Below, in pieces: positions 1 through 7,359 of a stretch of 16,076 bases of DNA. The translations under genes and the position numbers were made by a program. Within the stretch, counting starts at the first letter, position 1. Every line of letters begins with the position of its first letter. Below the pieces are notes generated by a model, which had not been told where the DNA came from, made no database searches, and saw nothing but the letters and a program-made list of their open reading frames with translations. Origin of the DNA: Fibrobacteria bacterium (GTDB lineage Bacteria; Fibrobacterota; Fibrobacteria; UBA11236); assembly GCA_043732185.1 (NCBI GenBank), contig JAYTHY010000014.1, positions 1 through 16,076 of the forward strand, given 5' to 3'.

Positions 1-1
1 C

Positions 2-862
2 ACCACCTTTTCACGCAAGCCGCTTTTCGGCTATCGGGCCATCATCTATGCAACTATGGTGGCTGGATTGCTCTCCTTTGTGGTTTGGGCGCATCATCAG
101 TTCATCGCTGGAATCGATCCGCGTATGGCCTCGGTATTCAGCGTCACCACCATTCTGATTTCCATTCCTTTTGCTGTAACCATTTTCTCCTATTTCGCAA
201 CATTATGGCGCGGGGATTTTCGCTTCAAACCGCCGATGTTATTTGCTGTAGGCTTTCTGGCAGAATTTTTGATCGGGGGCGTTACAGGAATTTACCTTGG
301 CTCCAGTGCATTCGATATCTATGCCCACGACACTTATTTTGTAGTGGCTCATTTTCATTACACCTTGATTCCTGTGGTTATTTTCTGCGGCTTTGCAGCC
401 ATCTATTTCTGGTATCCTAAATTCACGGGCCGCATGATGAATGAAACGCTGGGAAAAATCCATTTCTGGGGCACGGCGATTTTCTTCAATGGCATCTTTA
501 TCCCATTGTTCATCAATGGAATGCGTGGCGAGCATCGGAGAATTGCGGATTATTCCGCTTGGCCGGAATTTATGACGTCCAATATGCGGGAAATGCGAAT
601 CATCGCAACCACCAGTCTTATCATCGTCATAGCCTTTCAAGTTCCCTTTATCCTGAATCTGATTCTAAGCCTATTCAAAGGCAAGCCGGCAGGAAATAAC
701 CCTTGGCAATCCAACTCGCTGGAGTGGACGGTTCCTTCGCCTCCTCCGCATGGAAACTTTCCTTCCGTGCCAACGGTATACCGTGGTGCCTACGAATACA
801 ATGTTCCCGGCCGAGACTCGGATTTCTGGCCACAAAGTGAAATAGGTAAGGATCGGTCATGA
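2..862 (+). CDS. ctaD: Cytochrome c oxidase subunit I (A-family heme-copper oxidase), 5'-truncated by window edge
   Basis: Frame is open from base 2 (TTFSRKPLFGYRAIIYATM...). It has the CuB ligand motif VWAHH, the heme ligand motif HDTYFVVAHFHY, the conserved RR pair (GEHRRIADY) and a typical tail NPWQSNSLEW..PSPPPHGNF. Confidence 0.97.
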   Translation, partial: TTFSRKPLFGYRAIIYATMVAGLLSFVVWAHHQFIAGIDPRMASVFSVTTILISIPFAVTIFSYFATLWRGDFRFKPPMLFAVGFLAEFLIGGVTGIYLGSSAFDIYAHDTYFVVAHFHYTLIPVVIFCGFAAIYFWYPKFTGRMMNETLGKIHFWGTAIFFNGIFIPLFINGMRGEHRRIADYSAWPEFMTSNMREMRIIATTSLIIVIAFQVPFILNLILSLFKGKPAGNNPWQSNSLEWTVPSPPPHGNFPSVPTVYRGAYEYNVPGRDSDFWPQSEIGKDRS

Positions 863-1602
863 AAGAAATGAATATTGGCTTAACCTCCAAAGGCCGAGCC
901 GCCATGTGGTGGATGGTCGCCTCCGAGGCTGTCATCTTCGGTGGATTCATTGTGTGCTATCTATTGTATCGGGTCAGGCATCCGGAATGGTCCGCGATTG
1001 CGGAACACACCTCCACACCACTCGGCATTCTGAATACGCTGATTCTGCTTACGAGCGGACTTTTCATGGCCCAAGCCGCCAGACAAGCCGCGCAAGGAAA
1101 AGGGGGCGGAGCAGCCTTGAATATTGTTCTGACCATTGTGCTCGCGCTGGGATTCCTGACCGTTAAGGGTTATGAATACTCCCTGAAAATTGCGCATGGA
1201 AATATTCCCGGTTCGCATTTATTCTGGGACTTCTATTTCGGGATGACGGGGCTACACGGCTTGCATATACTAGCAGGTATTATCGCAATGATCATAATCG
1301 CCATTGCGGCTAAACGCGGAGATCATTTAGGTCGCGTGGAAATGGTAGGCCTGTATTGGTACCTGGTCGATGTTGTTTGGGTTTTCATCTTTTCACTATT
1401 GTATCTCGACCATTTTTCACGAGTGATCGTTTGGCCCGCGGCTGCGGCCATTGCCGGGTTGGGAATTTTCCAATTCATGGGACTGAAACGGGAGTCCATC
1501 GTGTTCCAAGGGGCTGTGGTATTCGCAGTCATATGTCTTGGGTTTTTCTTTTTCGGGGTGTACCCGGACATTATCCCCATCACCTCGGTTATCGCCAAAT
1601 GA
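859..1602 (+). CDS. ctaE: Cytochrome c oxidase subunit III with C-terminal subunit IV-like extension
   Basis: ATGA overlap with subunit I. Subunit III motifs: WWMVASEAVIFG, NTLILLTSG, KGYEY, MTGLHGLHI, GLYWYLVDVVWVFIF. About 60 extra aa carry FQFMGLKRE and two hydrophobic helices. Confidence 0.9.
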   Translation: MKEMNIGLTSKGRAAMWWMVASEAVIFGGFIVCYLLYRVRHPEWSAIAEHTSTPLGILNTLILLTSGLFMAQAARQAAQGKGGGAALNIVLTIVLALGFLTVKGYEYSLKIAHGNIPGSHLFWDFYFGMTGLHGLHILAGIIAMIIIAIAAKRGDHLGRVEMVGLYWYLVDVVWVFIFSLLYLDHFSRVIVWPAAAAIAGLGIFQFMGLKRESIVFQGAVVFAVICLGFFFFGVYPDIIPITSVIAK

Positions 1603-2168
1603 ACTACACTCTTTCTTTACCGCGTCGTCTCGATCCCTCATCGGCCCTTATGGGAATGTCACTCTGGCTATTTACAGAGCTCATGTTTTTTGCCGCACTG
1701 ATCAGCGCCTTCTTTGTTGCGCGTTCCGCGTCCATCGCCTGGCCTCCGATGGGCCAGCCCCGATTGCCGGTGGTGCTTACAGGAATAAACTCCGTAGTCC
1801 TGTTGGCGAGCGCTTGGGTTATTTGGCCTGCAGCCTTTGGCACTGGGTCCGGTAAGGATACGTTGCGGGATCGTTCGCGGTATTTGACTGCCTTGCTTTT
1901 AGGTGCAGTTTTCATTTTGATTCAAGGATTCGAATGGATCCGACTGATCGGGTTTGGATTGGCGCTCACTTCCGGAACATATGGTGCATTCTTCTATCTC
2001 ATTATTGGTGCGCATGCCATCCATGCTTTGGCTGGGTTGGTTGCATTGGGGTTTTCCTTACCTGCCGTGGGTCAATCGGGTGGGCAGGCGGGGCGACCGG
2101 TTGCCTTGTATTGGCTTTTCGTGGTGGGTCTATGGCCTATTCTGTATGGACTGGTTTACTTGTTGTGA
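1599..2168 (+). CDS. ctaE: Cytochrome c oxidase subunit III (second paralogue)
   Basis: ATG at 1599 overlaps the previous TGA (ATGA). Motifs LWLFTELMFF, NSVVLLAS, QGFEW, FYLIIGAHAIH, YWLFVVGLWPILY. The ORF-track start at 1356 is a spurious extension. Confidence 0.9.
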   Translation: MNYTLSLPRRLDPSSALMGMSLWLFTELMFFAALISAFFVARSASIAWPPMGQPRLPVVLTGINSVVLLASAWVIWPAAFGTGSGKDTLRDRSRYLTALLLGAVFILIQGFEWIRLIGFGLALTSGTYGAFFYLIIGAHAIHALAGLVALGFSLPAVGQSGGQAGRPVALYWLFVVGLWPILYGLVYLL

Positions 2169-2211
2169 TGTCACCTAGGTCACGAAGCAGAATTATGCAG
2201 CATCGAAAGCT

Positions 2212-2460
2212 ATGAAGTCATTTTTCAATATACTGACTGTAACAGTTTTAATCGGTGTTCATGCATCAATGGCTTGCTCTGTTTGTGGTGGACCACTCAC
2301 CCCGCGTACCTTAAACGCCTATATTCTCATGACAATGTTGCTCAGTCTTTTCCCATTTCTATTGCTGGGAACCGGGCTTTGGGTGTACCTAAAAAGTGCA
2401 ACGCCTGTCCATCAAGGCAAGGACGTGGAAGCCGTCACCAAGGGCATGACGGGATTGTGA
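2212..2460 (+). CDS. Small membrane protein: signal-like N-terminus, ACSVC (CxxC) motif, one TM helix; probable oxidase operon accessory protein
   Basis: 82-aa ORF 43 nt after the last subunit III on the same strand. Hydrophobic N-terminus ends in ASMA|CSVC and is followed by a TM segment (YILMTMLLSLFPFLLLGTGLWVYL). Confidence 0.65.
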   Translation: MKSFFNILTVTVLIGVHASMACSVCGGPLTPRTLNAYILMTMLLSLFPFLLLGTGLWVYLKSATPVHQGKDVEAVTKGMTGL

Positions 2461-3659
2461 GTTCCATTGAAATGCGCCGCGACTACCAAGGTCTTGGCTC
2501 CTTTCCATACGCGAGCTTCTACGGAACATTGATCCAAATTGCAAATCTGGTACTCACGATCACCGAAGGTATTGCGATATATATGGGTGTGCAATCCAGT
2601 AAAATTAGTGCGTTCCAATGTTAGGGAAAACATGTTGGTATCTGCTGCACTGACACCAGAGGATACAATCTTCAGTGTGGGAATGGTGGACCTTAGGCGC
2701 AGGGCGTCGGCAACGGATAAGGATGCTTGAACAGGCGGGCGTATGCGAATCCCTCTGGCATAATGCAAGGCCACAACCAATGAGTCGATGCCCGTCAAGC
2801 CCGTAGCGGGACCCACCAGATGAGTAGGGTCCCCATCCAAGTTGTTGAAGCCTGGAATCAATCCCAAACCCTTTTTATTATGTACCAATGGAGTGCCTTC
2901 ACCGGGAACATCGGAATCCACAGTGGGCAATTTAAAATTTTCCAATGCCAATAGGATATGCACCTGGTTTGCAGAGTCTTGATAGGCATCGGTAATACGC
3001 ACTTTAGAACCCGCCGGTGATAACGCCTCATCCACAAAGAAGGTATCCGGTTCCTGCACGGGCAACCTGGCATGGGTACCGTTGACATGCAAGTCAGCGG
3101 TTAGGAAAGTTCCTTTTTGAAGCTTTTGTGAAGCCACAGATAGCCAAGCCGCATAGGCAATGTCGTACTCAATTGCGTTGTAATTGAGATGCCAATGTGC
3201 ACCTGGCGGTACATTATGAAATCCAGTCATAAATTTAATGGAATCCGAAGTGCCTGTTGTATCGAGTGATGCAGATGTAAAAAACACAGCTGGCCAGGCG
3301 GATCGAACTTCCATATGCATTGGAATATTGGATGGGTCGGACGGAATAAGGACATGGTATACCAACAAAGAATCCTGATATCCTTTCACTTTCACAAGCC
3401 AATTTTTCCCTTGCGCCGTTCCCAGTGATGCCACAAATGGTGATGACGGCACAGTACCGGCGTCCCAAAGTGTTTCATATATAATGGTTGTATCTTCAAA
3501 ATTCACCAATGTGATTTGCAACCGGTCCACCCCTGCGGGCACCTTGGAAAGGGTCAGTTCCACTTGTTCGCTTTTATTGGATTCAATACAGGATGAAAAC
3601 AGGAAACTCACCCCGAGCAACCAGGCTATCGAAACACTTTTTAACGAATACCTAGTCAT
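2412..3659 (-). CDS. Hypothetical lipoprotein with repeated His-motif domains
   Basis: Start at 3659 (MTRYSLKSVSIAWLLGVSFLFSSC) gives a lipobox Cys at residue 24 and overlaps the stop of the upstream gene (ATGACTAG). Long, beta-strand-like sequence. Confidence 0.85.
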   Translation of the reverse strand: MTRYSLKSVSIAWLLGVSFLFSSCIESNKSEQVELTLSKVPAGVDRLQITLVNFEDTTIIYETLWDAGTVPSSPFVASLGTAQGKNWLVKVKGYQDSLLVYHVLIPSDPSNIPMHMEVRSAWPAVFFTSASLDTTGTSDSIKFMTGFHNVPPGAHWHLNYNAIEYDIAYAAWLSVASQKLQKGTFLTADLHVNGTHARLPVQEPDTFFVDEALSPAGSKVRITDAYQDSANQVHILLALENFKLPTVDSDVPGEGTPLVHNKKGLGLIPGFNNLDGDPTHLVGPATGLTGIDSLVVALHYARGIRIRPPVQASLSVADALRLRSTIPTLKIVSSGVSAADTNMFSLTLERTNFTGLHTHIYRNTFGDREYQICNLDQCSVEARVWKGAKTLVVAAHFNGTHNPVMPLVTASTSLP

Positions 3660-4296
3660 GGATGCGGTACACCTTTGGGCTATTCTCACTGGTCATTACG
3701 AAATACGTTGCCGTCCCTGCTCCCGCCACCACTGCGGCTCCACCGGCCAGCCACCAAACCAAGTTGGAGCTGTGGCGCTCTTGTTTTAAAGCTGGTTCGG
3801 GTTTGGGAGATTCCTTTTTCGTGGAATCCACTTTCGGCGTTGCCGGGATTTCTCCCACGGCCTTCATCGTCACCAACAATTCGGGATGCAATTCCATGAA
3901 TTCTTCCCGTACCTCGCGAAAAACTGTTCGAATGGTTTCACTGGGATAAAAATCCGTAATGGACGCCATCGGGTCTACGCGCAGGAGCATATTGAAATAA
4001 TAACGGCCCTTTTCCCGCCTCACTGGGTCGGAGGCGTAAATCACACCCAGGCATTTGAAGGCTAGAATGCTGTCGGCACGGTCTTTGAACACTGGTTTGG
4101 AACGGCTCCCTCGAATATAAAGAAGAACCGAATCCAGTTCACCGCCTTTGTAGGCTTGGAGAATTTGTGAACGTGGTAAGGCAGCCGATTCTTGCGCGGG
4201 TGTGGTGGTCGCAAAAGTTAAAATGAAGAGGCTGAATATTAAGCCTAATCCCGGTGTTTTAAGCATGGGCAAAAGGTAGTCAATAAGTGTGTGCAT
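3652..4296 (-). CDS. Hypothetical exported protein, TPR-like helical domain with C-terminal membrane anchor
   Basis: N-terminal hydrophobic signal (LGLIFSLFILTFA..PAQE), TPR-like AFKCLGVIYA...GRYYFNMLLRVDP, Pro/Lys linker, and C-terminal WWLAGGAAVVAGAGTATYFVM. True start may be 4266. Confidence 0.8.
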   Translation of the reverse strand: MHTLIDYLLPMLKTPGLGLIFSLFILTFATTTPAQESAALPRSQILQAYKGGELDSVLLYIRGSRSKPVFKDRADSILAFKCLGVIYASDPVRREKGRYYFNMLLRVDPMASITDFYPSETIRTVFREVREEFMELHPELLVTMKAVGEIPATPKVDSTKKESPKPEPALKQERHSSNLVWWLAGGAAVVAGAGTATYFVMTSENSPKVYRIHD

Positions 4297-4467
4297 GAAA
4301 CCATTATCGCTTCAACAATTCTGCGGCGACAAAGCTTTCGAACAATGCTCCTCTCATTGGATGCGTGGCGCTCAGTTGGAAGCCATTTCCGATTTTTTAT
4401 CTGCTGGTCCTATGGGATTTGATTTATTTGGCGGTAAATGGGTCAATAATCGGTATTTCACCTTACC

Positions 4468-4496
4468 TTGTAATTTAGAATTTCAAATACTATAAT
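4468..4496 (+). promoter_or_regulatory. Sigma-70 promoter (TTGTAA-17-TATAAT) with overlapping palindrome; probably leaderless mRNA
   Basis: TTGTAA 4468-4473, 17-nt spacer, TATAAT 4491-4496, ATG 7 nt later at 4504 with no SD. Inverted repeat TTGTAATT-TAG-AATTTCAA at 4468-4486. Confidence 0.65.
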
Positions 4497-4503
4497 ACAT
4501 GGT

Positions 4504-5682
4504 ATGATAACTCGAGCTCTTCCGGATGAACTGCATCGGAAGTTGCGAAACTTTCCGATTTTGGTGATTTTAGGCCCTCGCCAATCCGGAAAAACCACTT
4601 TTACCAGGAATGCGCTGGTCGATTGGCGATACCTCGATTTAGAAAAGCCTTCGGATCTGGCACCCTTACATTCTGACCCTGAAAGGCGGTTGGAACAACT
4701 GGGCGACCACGTTATCTTCGATGAAGCCCAGCGGCTACCGCAAATTTTCCCGTTGCTACGATCCATCGTTGACGGCAATCGCAAGCGAAATGGACGTTAC
4801 GTACTTTTAGGATCGGCTTCTCCGGAATTGGTCCGTGGCGTATCGGAAACTTTGGCGGGCAGGGCGGCATTTATTGAGCTTACCCCTTTTCAATGGCAAG
4901 AAGTGGCGGGTATCCGTAATGTTACCTTGGATTCATTTTGGCTAAAGGGAGGATTCCCGGATGCTTTCCTGGTCCGCGATCCACACGCTCGGTGGGATTG
5001 GTATGAGGGTTATACCCAAACATTTCTGGAGCGAGACCTGCCGGCTTTAGGGCTTTCCGTTTCCCCGGTTCGGATGCGAATGCTTTGGGGTATGCTCGCG
5101 CATGCCCATGCTAATCTTTGGAATGCCTCGCAGTTCGGCGCTTCAATGGGCATCAATTATCATACCGTCAATCGATATGCCGATATCCTCGAGCACACTT
5201 ACCTCATTCGCCGCCTACAGCCTTTCCATGCAAACATCGGAAAGCGGTTGACCAAAAGCCCCAAGATTTATTTACGGGATACCGGCATCCTACATTACTT
5301 TCTAGGTATTCGCGATCAGGCAACGCTGGATGTGTATCACGCACGAGGGGCAAGCTGGGAAGGTTTTCTTCTCGAACAATTGATATCCCTTTATCGACAA
5401 ATGGAGCCGCAAGCGCGTCCTTATTTCTGGAGAACTTCCGGAGGGGCTGAGGTCGATCTATTGATGGATCTTGGTAACCGGAAAATTCCTTTTGAATTTA
5501 AACTCAACTCTGCCCCAGCCCCGTCCGACTTAAAAGGCTTACGCAATTGCATGGCCGACCTCGGCATTCGTAAAGGTTACGTAGTCTATCCAGGTAAGGA
5601 AGATTTTTCTTTGGGAAATGGTATCGAAGCTCTAGCCGCCAAGGATTTATTGGCAAACCCCAAACGACTTGCCTCACTGTAA
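4504..5682 (+). CDS. AAA_14 + DUF4143 family ATP-binding protein
   Basis: Walker A GPRQSGKTT, Walker B VIFDEAQR, LLGSAS, GGFP, KRLTKSPKIYLRDTG, and C-terminal FWRTSGGAEVDL...FEFK (PD-(D/E)XK-like). Confidence 0.95.
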   Translation: MITRALPDELHRKLRNFPILVILGPRQSGKTTFTRNALVDWRYLDLEKPSDLAPLHSDPERRLEQLGDHVIFDEAQRLPQIFPLLRSIVDGNRKRNGRYVLLGSASPELVRGVSETLAGRAAFIELTPFQWQEVAGIRNVTLDSFWLKGGFPDAFLVRDPHARWDWYEGYTQTFLERDLPALGLSVSPVRMRMLWGMLAHAHANLWNASQFGASMGINYHTVNRYADILEHTYLIRRLQPFHANIGKRLTKSPKIYLRDTGILHYFLGIRDQATLDVYHARGASWEGFLLEQLISLYRQMEPQARPYFWRTSGGAEVDLLMDLGNRKIPFEFKLNSAPAPSDLKGLRNCMADLGIRKGYVVYPGKEDFSLGNGIEALAAKDLLANPKRLASL

Positions 5683-5779
5683 ACTCCAGATCATGTGGAT
5701 TTCCATAAAACCCCAGATAATATTGGACAGCCATCCTAAACGCTTCCGCTTCTAGGTTTCCGCTTCTGCCGACATCTAT

Positions 5780-5992
5780 TTGCGAGTAGAAATACCGGCT
5801 GAAATCCATCGTCGGATTGGCGGCTTTTGTCCGGAGGCAAAATTATTTCATTATCGGAATGGCCATGGGGCCGAAGTCGACTTTGTCGTGGAGGCCGGAA
5901 AAGAAGTTTTGGGAACCCGGAAACAGGTGTGTGACGGGGTGGAGTTCTTGCCTTCGGAGAATTTTCTTCAAACAGTTCCGAGCCAAAATTAA
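5780..5992 (+). pseudogene. C-terminal fragment of a second AAA/DUF4143-type gene
   Basis: KLFHYRNGHGAEVDFVVEAGKEV and GVEFLPSENFL resemble the DUF4143 C-terminus (compare FWRTSGGAEVDLLMD upstream). The ATPase domain is absent. Confidence 0.6.
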
Positions 5993-5995
5993 ATA

Positions 5996-6020
5996 ATTGG
6001 TCGGGATGGCGGGATTCGAA
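5996..6020. repeat. att core direct repeat (displaced copy of tRNA-Pro 3' end)
   Basis: ATTGGTCGGGATGGCGGGATTCGAA is identical to 7742-7766, covering the tRNA T-loop through CCA plus 2 nt. Confidence 0.92.
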
Positions 6021-6085
6021 AACGAGATACCCGCTTTACCCTTAGATGGAACTCTCCGGAAATTGTCGGTGGAAGAAGGAAATGA

Positions 6086-6108
6086 AATCTTGGCAAAAGC
6101 TTGGCAAC
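6086..6108. repeat. Internal end repeat, putative integrase arm-type site (TTGGCAA-N4-TTGGCAA)
   Basis: AATCTTGGCAAAAGCTTGGCAAC matches 7675-7697 at 22/23 positions. Confidence 0.65.
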
Positions 6109-6279
6109 GGTTTTCCGACCCGGTCTTCGTCCGGCATCTTCTCGGGTCCTTGGACTTGAGCCAGGAGGAGCTACAGGAATCCCTTCAGGCCCTTGAGCGT
6201 CTACGGCCGTGCCGGGATGGGCGGGCTCGGGCCTGAACCCCGAAAACCGTAAAAACCCCAATCCCGATCTACTGCGCTA

Positions 6280-6308
6280 TTGACATATAAGTGTCATTGA
6301 CGTATACT
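6280..6308 (+). promoter_or_regulatory. Sigma-70 promoter of the TA operon with palindromic operator
   Basis: TTGACA 6280-6285, 17-nt spacer, TATACT 6303-6308. Inverted repeat TGACA-TATAAG-TGTCA at 6281-6296. Confidence 0.8.
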
Positions 6309-6314
6309 AAGGGA

Positions 6315-6458
6315 GTGACTTCCGAACCGAATATGCCCGAAAACGGATTGACCTTCCTCGCCCTGTATCCCAAAAACGAAAAGGCCGATTTGACGGCTGA
6401 GGACAAAAAGGAACTCCGGAAAGAAGTCCGGAAAATCAAAGAGGAGGCTTACCCATGA
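6315..6458 (+). pseudogene. higB: Internally deleted HigB/RelE-family toxin (47 aa)
   Basis: GTG-started ORF VTSEPNMPENGLTFLALYPKNEKADLTAEDKKELRKEVRKIKEEAYP. YxKNEKADLT..KK.L is the HigB-2-type C-terminus, but the catalytic GKxGGxRV region is missing. ATGA overlap with the antitoxin. Confidence 0.7.
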
Positions 6459-6931
6459 GCACCAAGAAAACCCCGAGCATTGCGGAGCAGGCGCGCGAAG
6501 GTGCCGCCGAGCTGGACGGATGGGTCCGCGGGGATACCCGTTTCCGTGTCACCGTTGCCGGCAAGGATGGGAGTCGAGCGACCTTTCACGCAACCCGCGA
6601 CGAGCTCGCAGCCATCAAAAAGCAGCGCGCGGAGGCTTTGAAGGAAATACGAGGAACGTTGCACATGAGCCAGGCCGGATTTGCGCGTCTTCTCCATGTT
6701 GCTCCAGGGACATTGAAGGGCTGGGAAATTGCCCGCCGCGCAGTCCCGGAACATGTCTACCGCTTGGCAGAATTGGCCCGGGATATCCCCGCCGCTCGTG
6801 CGCATTTAGAGGCGACGGCCGAGAGCGCAATATTGTCCGCGGACAGGCGCCCCAAGGGAGGTGCACCCATTGCCGGTGCCGCCTATTCCTCCTCGAGCCA
6901 GGCTACCAGGAAGCGCGCGGCACACGCTTAG
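6455..6931 (+). CDS. higA: XRE-family HTH protein, HigA-like antitoxin
   Basis: LKEIRGTLHMSQAGFARLLHVAPGTLKGWE is an HTH_3 motif. SD GAGGAGG lies upstream, and the gene follows a toxin remnant (toxin-first order). Confidence 0.8.
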   Translation: MSTKKTPSIAEQAREGAAELDGWVRGDTRFRVTVAGKDGSRATFHATRDELAAIKKQRAEALKEIRGTLHMSQAGFARLLHVAPGTLKGWEIARRAVPEHVYRLAELARDIPAARAHLEATAESAILSADRRPKGGAPIAGAAYSSSSQATRKRAAHA

Positions 6932-6971
6932 GCCGTTTCGCCGAAGCCGCACGAGGCTGGTAGAAACCAAG

Positions 6972-7003
6972 GTCCCCAGGAGAAATCCCGGGGGCTGTTT
7001 TAT
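6972..7003 (+). terminator. Putative intrinsic terminator after higA
   Basis: Stem-loop CCCCAGGA-GAAA-TCCCGGGG (one mismatch) followed by TGTTTTATT. Confidence 0.55.
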
Positions 7004-7143
7004 TGCCCATACTTAAACAGTCCACCCCCCGTGCCGGCACCAATCCGGGATCCTAAGGTATGACACTCTGGTGGTTCACGGTAGTGCTCTCCGATCCGTT
7101 GGTGTCCTGGATCCCATGACTTATCGAGCTCCCTTTCATATAA

Positions 7144-7359
7144 GAGAATCCCCGCACAGTTCAGAAATGGGAGCAAGCCAGATCGTCAATCGATCTGGCA
7201 GCATGGAACCTTTTGCAACTGGCAGTTCGGGTGACCGAAGTGAGGCGGATCATGGCAGATTCTTGCCGATATGGAGAAACTGCAAAATCCGGCACTGCTC
7301 ATCTGCCTGACCGTGCACTCCATGGATTGGCTCCGGGGCGGTGTGAGCCTGAACTATAA
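7144..7359 (+). pseudogene. Remnant of a second XRE-type HTH gene
   Basis: Start-less frame after TAA 7141-7143 reads ENPRTVQKWEQARSSIDLAAWNLLQLA, resembling an XRE recognition helix and the following helix. Confidence 0.45.

Noticed and set aside
1356..1598. N-terminal 81-aa extension of the second subunit III in the ORF track
   Set aside because: Overlaps the previous gene out of frame and looks non-protein-like. The ATGA-coupled start at 1599 is more plausible.
5744..5767. Duplicated TTCCGCTTCT decamer
   Set aside because: Two copies of a low-complexity pyrimidine-rich word with no supporting context.
5998..6020. Possible second tRNA gene
   Set aside because: Only the 3' 23 nt match. 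There is no D arm or anticodon arm, so it is an att copy.
5997..6236. 79-aa ORF beginning inside the att repeat
   Set aside because: It starts within the tRNA-derived sequence, has no SD and spans the putative arm sites. No recognisable motif, although a degraded gene cannot be excluded.
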